This document shows, piece by piece, positions 1 to 8,200 of a stretch of 29,224 nt of DNA. Both the position numbers and the translations under genes were made by a program. The notes beneath the pieces were generated by a model. The model was not told where the DNA came from. It searched no databases and saw only the letters and a program-made list of their open reading frames with translations. The DNA comes from a virus (Duplodnaviria > Caudoviricetes). The stretch lies in the IMG/VR virus record IMGVR_UViG_3300037876_000121, positions 1 through 29,224 of that record. One strand, given 5' to 3'. Position 1 is the first letter of the stretch. Each line of letters opens with the position of its first letter.

Positions 1-45
1 GAAGATGCTGACTTAACAAATATCCGTAAGTTAGCGGGTATATAA
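1..45 (+). CDS. 3' end of upstream gene, probably prohead core/scaffold protein (partial)
   Basis: Frame 1 reads EDADLTNIRKLAGI* ending at TAA 43-45, directly upstream of the major capsid gene. This is the usual position of the scaffold gene in T4-like phages; function is inferred from synteny only. Confidence 0.6.
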   Translation, partial: EDADLTNIRKLAGI

Positions 46-70
46 CAACTAAACTAAAGGAAGATTACAA

Positions 71-1246
71 ATGTCAGATATATTTGAATCAAAATGGGGC
101 GAAACTAAAGCCGCTCTTACAGAAGGTTTAGCAGGCAACAAAAAGAAGACTATGGACGTTATCTTAGAAAACACAAAAAGATATTTGTCAGAGCAGTCTA
201 CAGCAGGTGCTACTAGCGCCGGTAACGTTGCTACGTTAAACAGAGTGATCCTACCAGTAATCAGAAGGGTAATGCCTACTGTTATTGCGAACGAGATCGT
301 TGGTGTACAACCAATGACTGGTCCAGTTGGTCAGATCCACACACTAAGAATAAGATATGCAGACACAGTTGCGTCAAACACGACTGCAGGTGAAGAAGCA
401 TTATCTCCATTCAAAATTGCGAAAGCATACTCTGGTAACCAGAACAACTCTACTCCAAAAGCGGCATCAACAGCCTCTTTAGAGGGAACACCTGGTAAGA
501 GATTATCAATCCAGATCTTGAAACAACCGGTTGAAGCGAAGTCTAGAAAATTAAGTGCTAGATGGACGTTTGAAGCGGCTCAAGATGCACAGGCACAACA
601 AGGTATCGATGTTGAAGCGGAAATCATGGCGGCGTTAGCTCAAGAGATTACTGCTGAGATCGACCAAGAAGTAATTGGTTCATTAAGAACATTAGCCGGT
701 TCGGCTTCTGAGACTTTTGACCAAGCGGCTGTGTCAGGTACTGCAACATTCGTTGGTGATGAACACGCGGCATTGGCTGTTCTTATCAACAGAGTTGCTA
801 ACCAAATCGCTACAAGAACAAGAAGGGGTGCTGGAAACTACGCTGTAGTTTCTCCAACTGCTCTTACAGTTCTTCAATCAGCATCAACTTCAGCGTTCGC
901 AAGAACAACTGAAGGTACTTTCGAAGCACCTACTAACACTAAATTTGTTGGTACATTAAACGGCGCTATGAGAGTTTACGTTGACGCTTACGCTTCAGAC
1001 GGTACAGACGTACTAGTAGGTTACAAAGGAGCAAGTGAGGCAGACGCACCAGCGTTCTATTGTCCTTACATTCCTTTAATGTCTTCTGGTGTTGTACTAG
1101 ATCCGGCTACATTCGAACCAGTTGTTGGTTTCCTAACAAGATACGGTTACGTTGAATTAACGAACACTGCATCTTCACTAGGTAACGCGGCAGACTACGT
1201 AGGATTAGTAGGAATGAACAGCGGAACAAACTTAAAATTCAAATAA
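71..1246 (+). CDS. gp23: Major capsid protein, T4 gp23-like (391 aa)
   Basis: gp23-family motifs: LPVIRRVMPTVIANEIVGVQPMTGPVGQIHTLR, VEAKSRKLSARWTFEAAQD, AEIDQE, IATRTRRGAGNY, FYCPYIPL, DPATFEPVVGFLTRYG. Purine-rich RBS (AAAGGAAG) upstream. Confidence 0.97.
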   Translation: MSDIFESKWGETKAALTEGLAGNKKKTMDVILENTKRYLSEQSTAGATSAGNVATLNRVILPVIRRVMPTVIANEIVGVQPMTGPVGQIHTLRIRYADTVASNTTAGEEALSPFKIAKAYSGNQNNSTPKAASTASLEGTPGKRLSIQILKQPVEAKSRKLSARWTFEAAQDAQAQQGIDVEAEIMAALAQEITAEIDQEVIGSLRTLAGSASETFDQAAVSGTATFVGDEHAALAVLINRVANQIATRTRRGAGNYAVVSPTALTVLQSASTSAFARTTEGTFEAPTNTKFVGTLNGAMRVYVDAYASDGTDVLVGYKGASEADAPAFYCPYIPLMSSGVVLDPATFEPVVGFLTRYGYVELTNTASSLGNAADYVGLVGMNSGTNLKFK

Positions 1247-1267
1247 GCCAAGGTTTATTTTTATTTC

Positions 1268-1300
1268 AAAAAGGGCGGTATTTTATATCGCCCTTTTTTT
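1268..1300 (+). terminator. Rho-independent terminator after the capsid gene (possibly bidirectional)
   Basis: AAAAAGGGCGGTA-tttta-TATCGCCCTTTTTTT: GC stem with one G-U pair, U tract, and an A tract on the 5' side. Confidence 0.9.
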
Positions 1301-1398
1301 GTGACTGACTGATCATTAACCACACACTTATCAATCTTTTTCCATACTCGTACCAGTCGCAGACCAAATGTGGTAGTTTTATCATGACTGTATACTTC

Positions 1399-1440
1399 TA
1401 AATAATTCAGTTCCGAAAGGAACTTTAAATCAAAGGGAGG
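1399..1440 (+). promoter_or_regulatory. Late promoter core TAAATA, 5' GAAA-tetraloop hairpin and strong SD
   Basis: TAAATA 1399-1404; AGTTCC-GAAA-GGAACT 1409-1424; GGGAGG 1435-1440, 8 nt before ATG 1449. Confidence 0.75.
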
Positions 1441-1448
1441 TCCAAAAA

Positions 1449-1682
1449 ATGGATATCGCAATGAAGATAAAAGGATGGGCAAAAGGTCTTGCTGATGTAG
1501 GTGTTTCACTTATAGCATTAGGAATCGTTTTAGAAATCCTTTTCAAAGGGCAGAACGTTCCGTTCTGGCCAAACGTTTCTGTAATAGGAAACATACAAGG
1601 CATATTGCAAGGCTTTTCAGACCAAGGTCTGATCGGTTTAGTGGCAGTATGGATTTTATATCATATCTACAACAGAAAATAA
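1449..1682 (+). CDS. Small membrane protein with two hydrophobic segments (77 aa), function unknown
   Basis: Strong SD, own promoter and terminator. Hydrophobic stretches VGVSLIALGIVLEILF and GLIGLVAVWILYHIY, basic C-terminus. Confidence 0.85.
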   Translation: MDIAMKIKGWAKGLADVGVSLIALGIVLEILFKGQNVPFWPNVSVIGNIQGILQGFSDQGLIGLVAVWILYHIYNRK

Positions 1683-1709
1683 TATAGAACTTACATAACG
1701 TAACCTCAC

Positions 1710-1757
1710 AGGGTGGTGCGATTAATTTTTGGATTGTTTTGCACCGCCCTTTTTTTT
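1710..1757 (+). terminator. Rho-independent terminator
   Basis: AGGGTGGTGC ... GCACCGCCCT stem (one G-U pair) followed by a T tract; large loop. Confidence 0.8.
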
Positions 1758-1761
1758 CTAT

Positions 1762-1767
1762 TAAATA
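1762..1767 (+). promoter_or_regulatory. Late promoter core TAAATA (leaderless start)
   Basis: TAAATA 6 nt before ATG 1774, no SD between. Confidence 0.65.
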
Positions 1768-1773
1768 TCCACA

Positions 1774-2070
1774 ATGCCAAAAATTATCATAGCAGGAGAT
1801 AGTTGGGGAGCCCACAGTTACGAAAGTGGTTATCATTACCCGGAACTGTATGGGTTCAAGTGGAAACACAAAGAGAAACGTAAGTATGTTCTGTATCCAG
1901 GTCCTGGCCTTTATTCAGATGATGACTTCTACAAACAAGGCGTCATCAAGTCTGCAGACAAGATTGAATATTGGAAAAAGAAATCTGAATACCACCGGAA
2001 CCACCCTACAGTGGCCACAAACAAAAGAATAGCACAGCGATTGTACGATTATATTCAGGGCACTTTATAA
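1774..2070 (+). pseudogene. Probable internally deleted SGNH/GDSL hydrolase-like gene (98 aa, ORF still open)
   Basis: N-terminal IIIAGDSW (SGNH block I) and C-terminal NHPTVATNKRIAQRLYDYI (block V His-Pro plus final helix). Only 98 aa, with no blocks II/III. Confidence 0.55.
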
Positions 2071-2084
2071 TTCTCAAAAAATAA

Positions 2085-2090
2085 TAAATA
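2085..2090 (+). promoter_or_regulatory. Late promoter core TAAATA
   Basis: ATAATAAATA immediately before the structured leader at 2095. Confidence 0.7.
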
Positions 2091-2094
2091 CACA

Positions 2095-2185
2095 TAGTTC
2101 AAACGTGCTTTTGCACAAAGCAAAAGACTTATGCGGATAACCACCGCGTACCTAGGAGAACTAGGATTGGACTCCTTTAAAGGAG
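2095..2185 (+). ncRNA. Candidate structured cis-regulatory 5' leader RNA
   Basis: P1 TAGTTC 2095-2100/GAACTA 2158-2163 encloses P2 CTTTTGC 2108-2114/GCAAAAG 2120-2126 and P3 TATGCGG 2130-2136/CCGCGTA 2144-2150. The palindrome CTCCTTTAAAGGAG 2172-2185 covers the SD. Confidence 0.6.
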
Positions 2186-2193
2186 AAAACAAA

Positions 2194-2628
2194 ATGGGAA
2201 GACCAGTAAAAAAAAGTAGATTTGGTAGTACAGCAGGTGACTTCGAAGTCACAGGTGCGTTCTCTACAGAATCAATACAACCAGACGGATCTGGTGCAGA
2301 GGCAGTATCAACTGTTTCAGGAAACTACATCGAAGCTCAGAGATCAAGTACGAGATTCAAAGTTAATTTCCTATCAGCGGATGGATCAACAAGATTATCA
2401 CAAATCTTAGATCTAAAACCGGTAGCAACAGGTTCACTTACAGCAGGCCAGTTCTGTATACAGATCATCTTAGATGACTCTACAGTGGCTTACGCGGCTA
2501 AGATCTTCAACAGAACAGTACACTACAAAACAGCAGGTGGTGTGACCGGTTCAGTGAAGTACTCATTGAGCTCAGAGGGTGCTGACGAAGCCAAAGTCAC
2601 AGGCGTTGGTTCTATCGACACTATCTAA
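2194..2628 (+). CDS. Putative virion structural/decoration protein (144 aa, MGRPVKKSRFG...)
   Basis: SD AAGGAG 8 nt before ATG 2194, preferred over the track start at 2131. Codon style resembles the capsid gene; followed by a hairpin. Function inferred from context. Confidence 0.75.
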   Translation: MGRPVKKSRFGSTAGDFEVTGAFSTESIQPDGSGAEAVSTVSGNYIEAQRSSTRFKVNFLSADGSTRLSQILDLKPVATGSLTAGQFCIQIILDDSTVAYAAKIFNRTVHYKTAGGVTGSVKYSLSSEGADEAKVTGVGSIDTI

Positions 2629-2646
2629 TACTTTATACGTGCTTTT

Positions 2647-2673
2647 ATGGGGGAGTTACACGCTCCCCCATTT
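2647..2673 (+). terminator. GC-rich hairpin, probable terminator
   Basis: ATGGGGGAG-ttacacg-CTCCCCCAT followed by a short T run. Confidence 0.7.
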
Positions 2674-2679
2674 ACAACA

Positions 2680-2685
2680 TAAATA
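2680..2685 (+). promoter_or_regulatory. Late promoter core TAAATA (leaderless start)
   Basis: CATAAATA, 7 nt before ATG 2693, no SD. Confidence 0.7.
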
Positions 2686-2692
2686 ATAGCAA

Positions 2693-3535
2693 ATGGCAAA
2701 GAACATACGTACATCAGGAAATTACACCATCAGATCGGGTACAGGATCCTCGGGTACTACTATCCTAAATCTCGCCGCAGGAACCATAGATCTAGATTCA
2801 AACACACTTAGAGTAAGGGGCAACTTACAAGTGGACGGGACACAGACAGTTGTCAATTCACAGACATTAGAGATCGAAGATGCTGTATTGGTTCTGGCCA
2901 GAAATAACTCAGGCACAGACATAGATTCAGGTATCAAAATTGACAGGGGTGGACAGGGCAATGATGCTTTGTTCTACTGGAACGAAGGCGACGACACATT
3001 TAAAGCAGTAACTTCTGCCACACAATCAGCAACAGCAGTGACAGACACTGCATTGGCCAACATCATGGCGGCAACACCTACAGCAGACAATCACGTGGCC
3101 ACGAGAGCTTACGTTCTAAGCACTGCATCAAACAAAATAGCAGGTGATGATTCTAGTGTAGTCACAGTAGGTGCAGGCGACACTACAAAGTTTGCAGGAA
3201 CAGGTGGAATCACAACAGCGGCCACAGAACCAGACACACTGACAATAAGTTTGGGTAACAATTTAACAGGAATAAACTCAATTGATACAGGATCATCAAA
3301 TGGAGATATAATATTAAGAGCCAACGGAACTGGTAATGTAGTTGTTGACGATACATTAACATTTTCTGCCATGGCCTCTGATCCGACAGCAACAGCACAA
3401 ACAATATTATACAACAAAACAGCAGGCGGTGGGGGTACGGGACTGTACTTCAGGAACTCAAACATAGGTTCTGGCGCCGTAGGCGAACTGATAAGTAAGA
3501 GTAAGGCAACTGCATTAGCGATTGCACTAGGATAA
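2693..3535 (+). CDS. Fibre-like virion structural protein (280 aa)
   Basis: G/T/S/A-rich. Contains the GNLQVDGTQTVVNSQTLEIED...FYWNE module, ATRAYV and NGDIILRANGTGNV; C-terminus ALAIALG. Confidence 0.8.
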   Translation: MAKNIRTSGNYTIRSGTGSSGTTILNLAAGTIDLDSNTLRVRGNLQVDGTQTVVNSQTLEIEDAVLVLARNNSGTDIDSGIKIDRGGQGNDALFYWNEGDDTFKAVTSATQSATAVTDTALANIMAATPTADNHVATRAYVLSTASNKIAGDDSSVVTVGAGDTTKFAGTGGITTAATEPDTLTISLGNNLTGINSIDTGSSNGDIILRANGTGNVVVDDTLTFSAMASDPTATAQTILYNKTAGGGGTGLYFRNSNIGSGAVGELISKSKATALAIALG

Positions 3536-3538
3536 CAT

Positions 3539-3853
3539 ATGGCAATAACAAATTTTCAAGTGGCAACAACAACCGGTTCAGCGGCATTTACTGCATCTGC
3601 GGACACGGCTGTGACAGTAATATACATCACAAATAAATCAAACACAGACGGAACCGTTGATGTATACGTCACACCAAATGGTGCATCAGTAAGTGAGAAT
3701 CATTTGGTATATACACAACTTTCAGTTAAAGCAAGAGACACTTACATCATAGACACAGAGAAAATGATTTTAGAGACAGGCGCAAAGATATACGTAGTGG
3801 CTCCAGACTCAGCGGCACAATTCAACGCCACTATATCAACTATAGGATTATAA
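3539..3853 (+). CDS. Small beta-rich virion structural protein (104 aa)
   Basis: Starts 3 nt after the previous stop; alternating hydrophobic/polar beta pattern; lies in the structural operon. Confidence 0.75.
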   Translation: MAITNFQVATTTGSAAFTASADTAVTVIYITNKSNTDGTVDVYVTPNGASVSENHLVYTQLSVKARDTYIIDTEKMILETGAKIYVVAPDSAAQFNATISTIGL

Positions 3854-3858
3854 TAATC

Positions 3859-4338
3859 ATGGGTAGATTTGTAAAAAACCCAGAGATAGGAGACAATGCT
3901 TCGGCTGTCAAAATTCCTAACGTGACGACTGCACAAAGACCGTCAGGGATCAATGGACAAATAATTTTCAACACAACAACATCAACTTATCAAGCATACA
4001 ACGGTTCGGCATGGTACAATATTTCGGAAGCATCGAGACAGAAAACTATCACAATCGATAGATTCCAAGGTGATGGTACAACAGTGACTTTTGGAAACGG
4101 TGCGGGAAATACAGTAGACGGTTCAACAGCGGCAACATTCTCGATTGGTGTGAGTGATGCCACAGACATCATGGTGTTCGTTGGTGGTGTGTACCAGGTT
4201 CCAACAACAAACTACTCAGTTTCAGGATCTGGAACTTCTGCAACAATTACATTTGGTTCTGCTCCTCCGGCAAATGACGGATCAACAGGTGGACACATCA
4301 TCTCAGTAGTCCATGGACTTGCTAAACTAGGCGAGTAA
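3859..4338 (+). CDS. Virion structural protein (159 aa)
   Basis: IPNVTTAQRP...GQIIFNT...YNGSAW module plus GDGTTVTF...VFVGGVYQVPTTNYS module, both shared with other fibre genes in the window. Confidence 0.8.
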   Translation: MGRFVKNPEIGDNASAVKIPNVTTAQRPSGINGQIIFNTTTSTYQAYNGSAWYNISEASRQKTITIDRFQGDGTTVTFGNGAGNTVDGSTAATFSIGVSDATDIMVFVGGVYQVPTTNYSVSGSGTSATITFGSAPPANDGSTGGHIISVVHGLAKLGE

Positions 4339-4350
4339 TAAAAAATATTT

Positions 4351-5217
4351 TTAGTAAATTAAACCAAAAGGTCGCCAATTTCCTGGCTTACCACCTTTGA
4401 GGCATACCCAACCTACCGGTTGGTTCAATGCAGGATTCTGATTCCAGATAACAGATCCAGTGTCCCATCGCCCTTCTCGTGGTTCCTGTTCGCCTGCCGC
4501 GAATGTTCTTTCTGCAAATTTGATGTTTCCATCCACATGTAAGGTCTCTTGTGGGTACTTCACATTGATGCCTACCTGTCCATATACGTTCATGTTCACA
4601 GGTCTTCCGAGCTCGGTGCCTATGACCACATCACCGTTCGCTCGACATGTGAGCCTTGGTGTGTTGTCGGTTCCTATTGCGAATGCTACGTGTGTATGTG
4701 TACCAACAAATGCGTTTGATTCTTGCATTGTTGTCAGTATTTCATACCCGCCTGAGTTAACAGAAAAGTCTGCACTCGGTGCCGTTGTGTTGATCCCTAC
4801 CCTACCATCTGCTACGTAAAAAGTATTTCTTACCTGTAAATTTTTAAGTATGCCTAGCTCTGTTAGGTTACTTTTTGTCACACTCTTTCCCAGTCTGTCC
4901 TTCCAAAGTACTTCGTTGTGATTAACCATGACTGCCTCAACAACATTCAGTTTGGGTACCTGTGCTTGTACGTACTCCAAGTTCTCAACCCTCACAGTAC
5001 CTTTTACATTGAGATCTGTCTCTACATCTATCGAATCGTTTTTTACAACAAGATTGATGGAATCTGATGTATCTTTTATGCCTGATGAATTAAAATTTGT
5101 TATTGTTCCGCCGTCTATGAGATCACCACTCAATGCGTTCTTGTGTAGATCGATCTGCTGTACAGAGATCCTGGACTTACTAACTTTCTCAGGTTTATTG
5201 ATAGGTAATAGTGCCAT
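4351..5217 (-). CDS. Putative fibre-associated structural protein (288 aa)
   Basis: Long ORF with its own TAAATA. Fibre-type motifs GRVGINTTAP and GQVGINVKYPQETLHVDGNIK; C-terminal W.TGSVIWN...PVGWVC..GG.PG.W.PFG domain. Confidence 0.8.
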   Translation of the reverse strand: MALLPINKPEKVSKSRISVQQIDLHKNALSGDLIDGGTITNFNSSGIKDTSDSINLVVKNDSIDVETDLNVKGTVRVENLEYVQAQVPKLNVVEAVMVNHNEVLWKDRLGKSVTKSNLTELGILKNLQVRNTFYVADGRVGINTTAPSADFSVNSGGYEILTTMQESNAFVGTHTHVAFAIGTDNTPRLTCRANGDVVIGTELGRPVNMNVYGQVGINVKYPQETLHVDGNIKFAERTFAAGEQEPREGRWDTGSVIWNQNPALNQPVGWVCLKGGKPGNWRPFGLIY

Positions 5218-5225
5218 ATAATGAT

Positions 5226-5267
5226 TATTTAGTGTGTGTTTCCAACCGTAAGACTTATTGGTAAATA
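5226..5267. promoter_or_regulatory. Back-to-back late promoter cores
   Basis: TATTTA 5226-5231 (TAAATA on minus, 8 nt before ATG 5217) and TAAATA 5262-5267 (plus, 13 nt before ATG 5281). Confidence 0.75.
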
Positions 5268-5280
5268 TTAAAGTAGTATT

Positions 5281-8200
5281 ATGGCAATAAACAAGATAGC
5301 AGGCGAAACCTTAGAATCGAACCTTATTCGTAGCACGGATCTGTCGTTCAACGACACCCTCCTACACCTTGACGTTTCTAATGGCAGGATAGGTATAGGA
5401 ACAGCAAGTCCCGGGAATTTCAAACTGGATGTAACGGGTAATGCCAGGATATCAGGTAACCAGACCATCACAGGCGACCTAGTAGTCCAAGGTACAACAA
5501 CAACCATAGACTCACAGAATTTAGTAGTAGAAGACAACATAATCACCATCAATGAGAACGCTTCCGGTGCCACAGATGCTGGTATAATGATCAATAGGAC
5601 AGCGGAAAACAATGCCCTATTCATCTGGGACGAGACTGCTGACAAGTTTAGATTTGGAACTACAACACAGGATGGATCAACAGTCACAGATTATTCGAAT
5701 CTAACATTAGCGAATGTCCAAGTCGCAACACCGTCGGCCAATGACGACGCGGCCACAAAGGCGTATGTGGACAACGAGATAGGCGGTATACCCAGCAGTG
5801 ACGGTGCCGGCACAAATTTAGGTACACCAGAAGACTCAACATTTGGTGATGGGTCGTTCACACAACTCACATCGACTACTAAGGTCACAGATGCTATTGA
5901 TTCATTGAACGAGACCATGGAGAACATCAGAAATAATACATACGTAAAAAGTGTTGACTTCACGGCGAGTGATCAAACAATTTCATCAGGGGTAACAATT
6001 ACATTAAACATCACAGCAGTAGGCAATGCCACTAGGTTTGACATCACTTGGGGAGATGGCAACACTGAAACTGTTTCAACGACAAGTCCAACACACCAGT
6101 ACAACAACACAGGATTACAGACAGTAACAGTTAGAGCATACAACAACACAGCGGCAGTTTCGGGATCTGCAGGTTCTGAAGCAACTACTACAAAAGCAAA
6201 TCATATTGCCATAGCCACAGCGGCACCGGTAGTTCAGTTTGAAATGTATGCGGCCTCGTCGGGAGGGTCGGCAATAACAAAAACAGATAACGGAGCCACT
6301 GTGTATCTACAAAATAATACTACAAACACGGCGTCAACAAACACATTTGACGTGGACTGGGGAGACGGATCTGAAAACACAATAGCAAACAATACCGCGG
6401 CTGGTGGACAAGGCGGAGCAAGGTTGTCACACACATACACAAACTCTGCTGGTGATGATGGTTCAACAGTGGCAGGTACAGGCACAGGTGATACCAAGTA
6501 CGCAATCAAGTTAAGATTGCTGACACACCCAACAGCAGACTCATCAACGTTCCCACAGACTGCGACAAACAATTTTGAAGTTTACTCAACACATACACCA
6601 TTGTACTCCACTGCTAATTCTACTATTAGAGGCATCAATGAAGAGAGCACATCAGGCTTCGCTGTTACATTCACCAATGACACCACTACAAATCCTGGAG
6701 CAAATTCAAGTTTTTCAGCCACACAACAGTACACTTGGAATTTTGATGAAGGATCAACAACAGCAGTTGCAGTTGGTTCAGGCAGTTCAGGTGACACAGG
6801 TAACACAATCAACAACACATTTAATCTAAGTGGATCACAACAAAGCAACGGTACAACAGTGACTTACAATACTACATTATCATTGGCTACAGGACACACA
6901 TCCACACCATTCACCACTGGCTTGAACATTATTGTGGAACCAGACGTGCGGGCCAACATAGCCGGTACGGCTGTAACAGTTAACACAGGTTCAGGCGACA
7001 ACAGTCTATCATTGTATGATGTTGTTGACCTTGACGGCACAGACAGGGCCATAGCAAGATTTACCAACACTTCACAGAATGCAGACAACTACGAGTATGA
7101 TTTCTTCGATGATTCCAGTTCTATAGTTACTGTTGGCGAAGATGGCTCAACTGCAGGTACTATAGGTGCAACACTAGACAAAGACTACTCAGGCACATCA
7201 GCAGGAAACATCAACTTCAGATTCAGGGCGTCGGGAACGCCAGACACATTCTTCCAAGATGACGAAGAAACCATCACATTTGCAATGAAATCAACACCAA
7301 GTGCACCAAACGGATTGAGCAGTTTCAGTTTAGCGTTGTCAGACTCCGCACAAGGAACATCACCCAAGTTGTGTGCAAGTTTCACTGACAACACCAGCAC
7401 GGCAGACACATTAGCGGCGGGAACTTCATTGAGCTCAAGCACTGCCAGAAGGTACACAAGTACATCAACTATTGATACAACCGTCATGAACGGTTTCTTA
7501 GTAAATGATGCCAACGGCACGGGTTCAACTGTCAACCAAACAGTGACAGCATCAATCAACGCCAGTGCCAGCGGCGCTAGGACTTTCACAACATCAGAGG
7601 GCGGATCAAACAACGGAACATTTACCAAACTGATAACATCAGACCACAAGGACTATGACACAGTCAACAGTGCATATCCTCAGAGATTATATTTGGTCGC
7701 TGATGCCAAGATCACACAGGACTTAGCAGACTACTCGGTTGGATTGAGTGCCCAGAGATTAGAAAGCAGTGCAGGTGGTAACACAGGATATGTTCACGTG
7801 TTACGAGATGATATTACAGCAACTCCTACCACAGCAATAGGTACTGTGGCGCAAGGAACCGCTGGAACACAGCGTTATGTTTCGGGAATACCTTATTACA
7901 ATTCAGGATCACCAACAGTGACAGTCACTGGCACAACTATTGCAAACTTTACAGGACAGGCATACCAAGACACCACGTCACCACACGAAGTTGATAACGA
8001 CACCAACCAAGAGTCAACGTCAGGTGATGTGATAACTGATTCAAATTTCACATACGCACAAGTAGATGGTGCTTCGACAATGCTGTCATCTAGCGTACCT
8101 GTGACAGACACAGGTGTTGCAAGTGCATACACCATAGGAGCGGTCACGGTTCCCATAACAAGTTCAAGTGTGAGATCAATTAAAACAATCAAAGCAAGAA

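Noticed and set aside
1301-1398. Possible structured RNA (CAGTCG/TGACTG enclosing ACCA/TGGT) or minus-strand ORF 1261-1509
   Set aside because: The stems are short, there is no clear promoter, and the ORF overlaps a better-supported gene and a terminator.
2131-2193. N-terminal 21-aa extension of the MGRP protein given by the track
   Set aside because: ATG 2131 lies in a stem with no SD, whereas ATG 2194 has AAGGAG at good spacing. Track starts at 14485, 21364, 21410, 23490 and 27587 were likewise moved because they lie upstream of or within the promoter.
4339-4353. AT-only palindrome between convergent genes as a terminator
   Set aside because: No GC stem; too weak to call.
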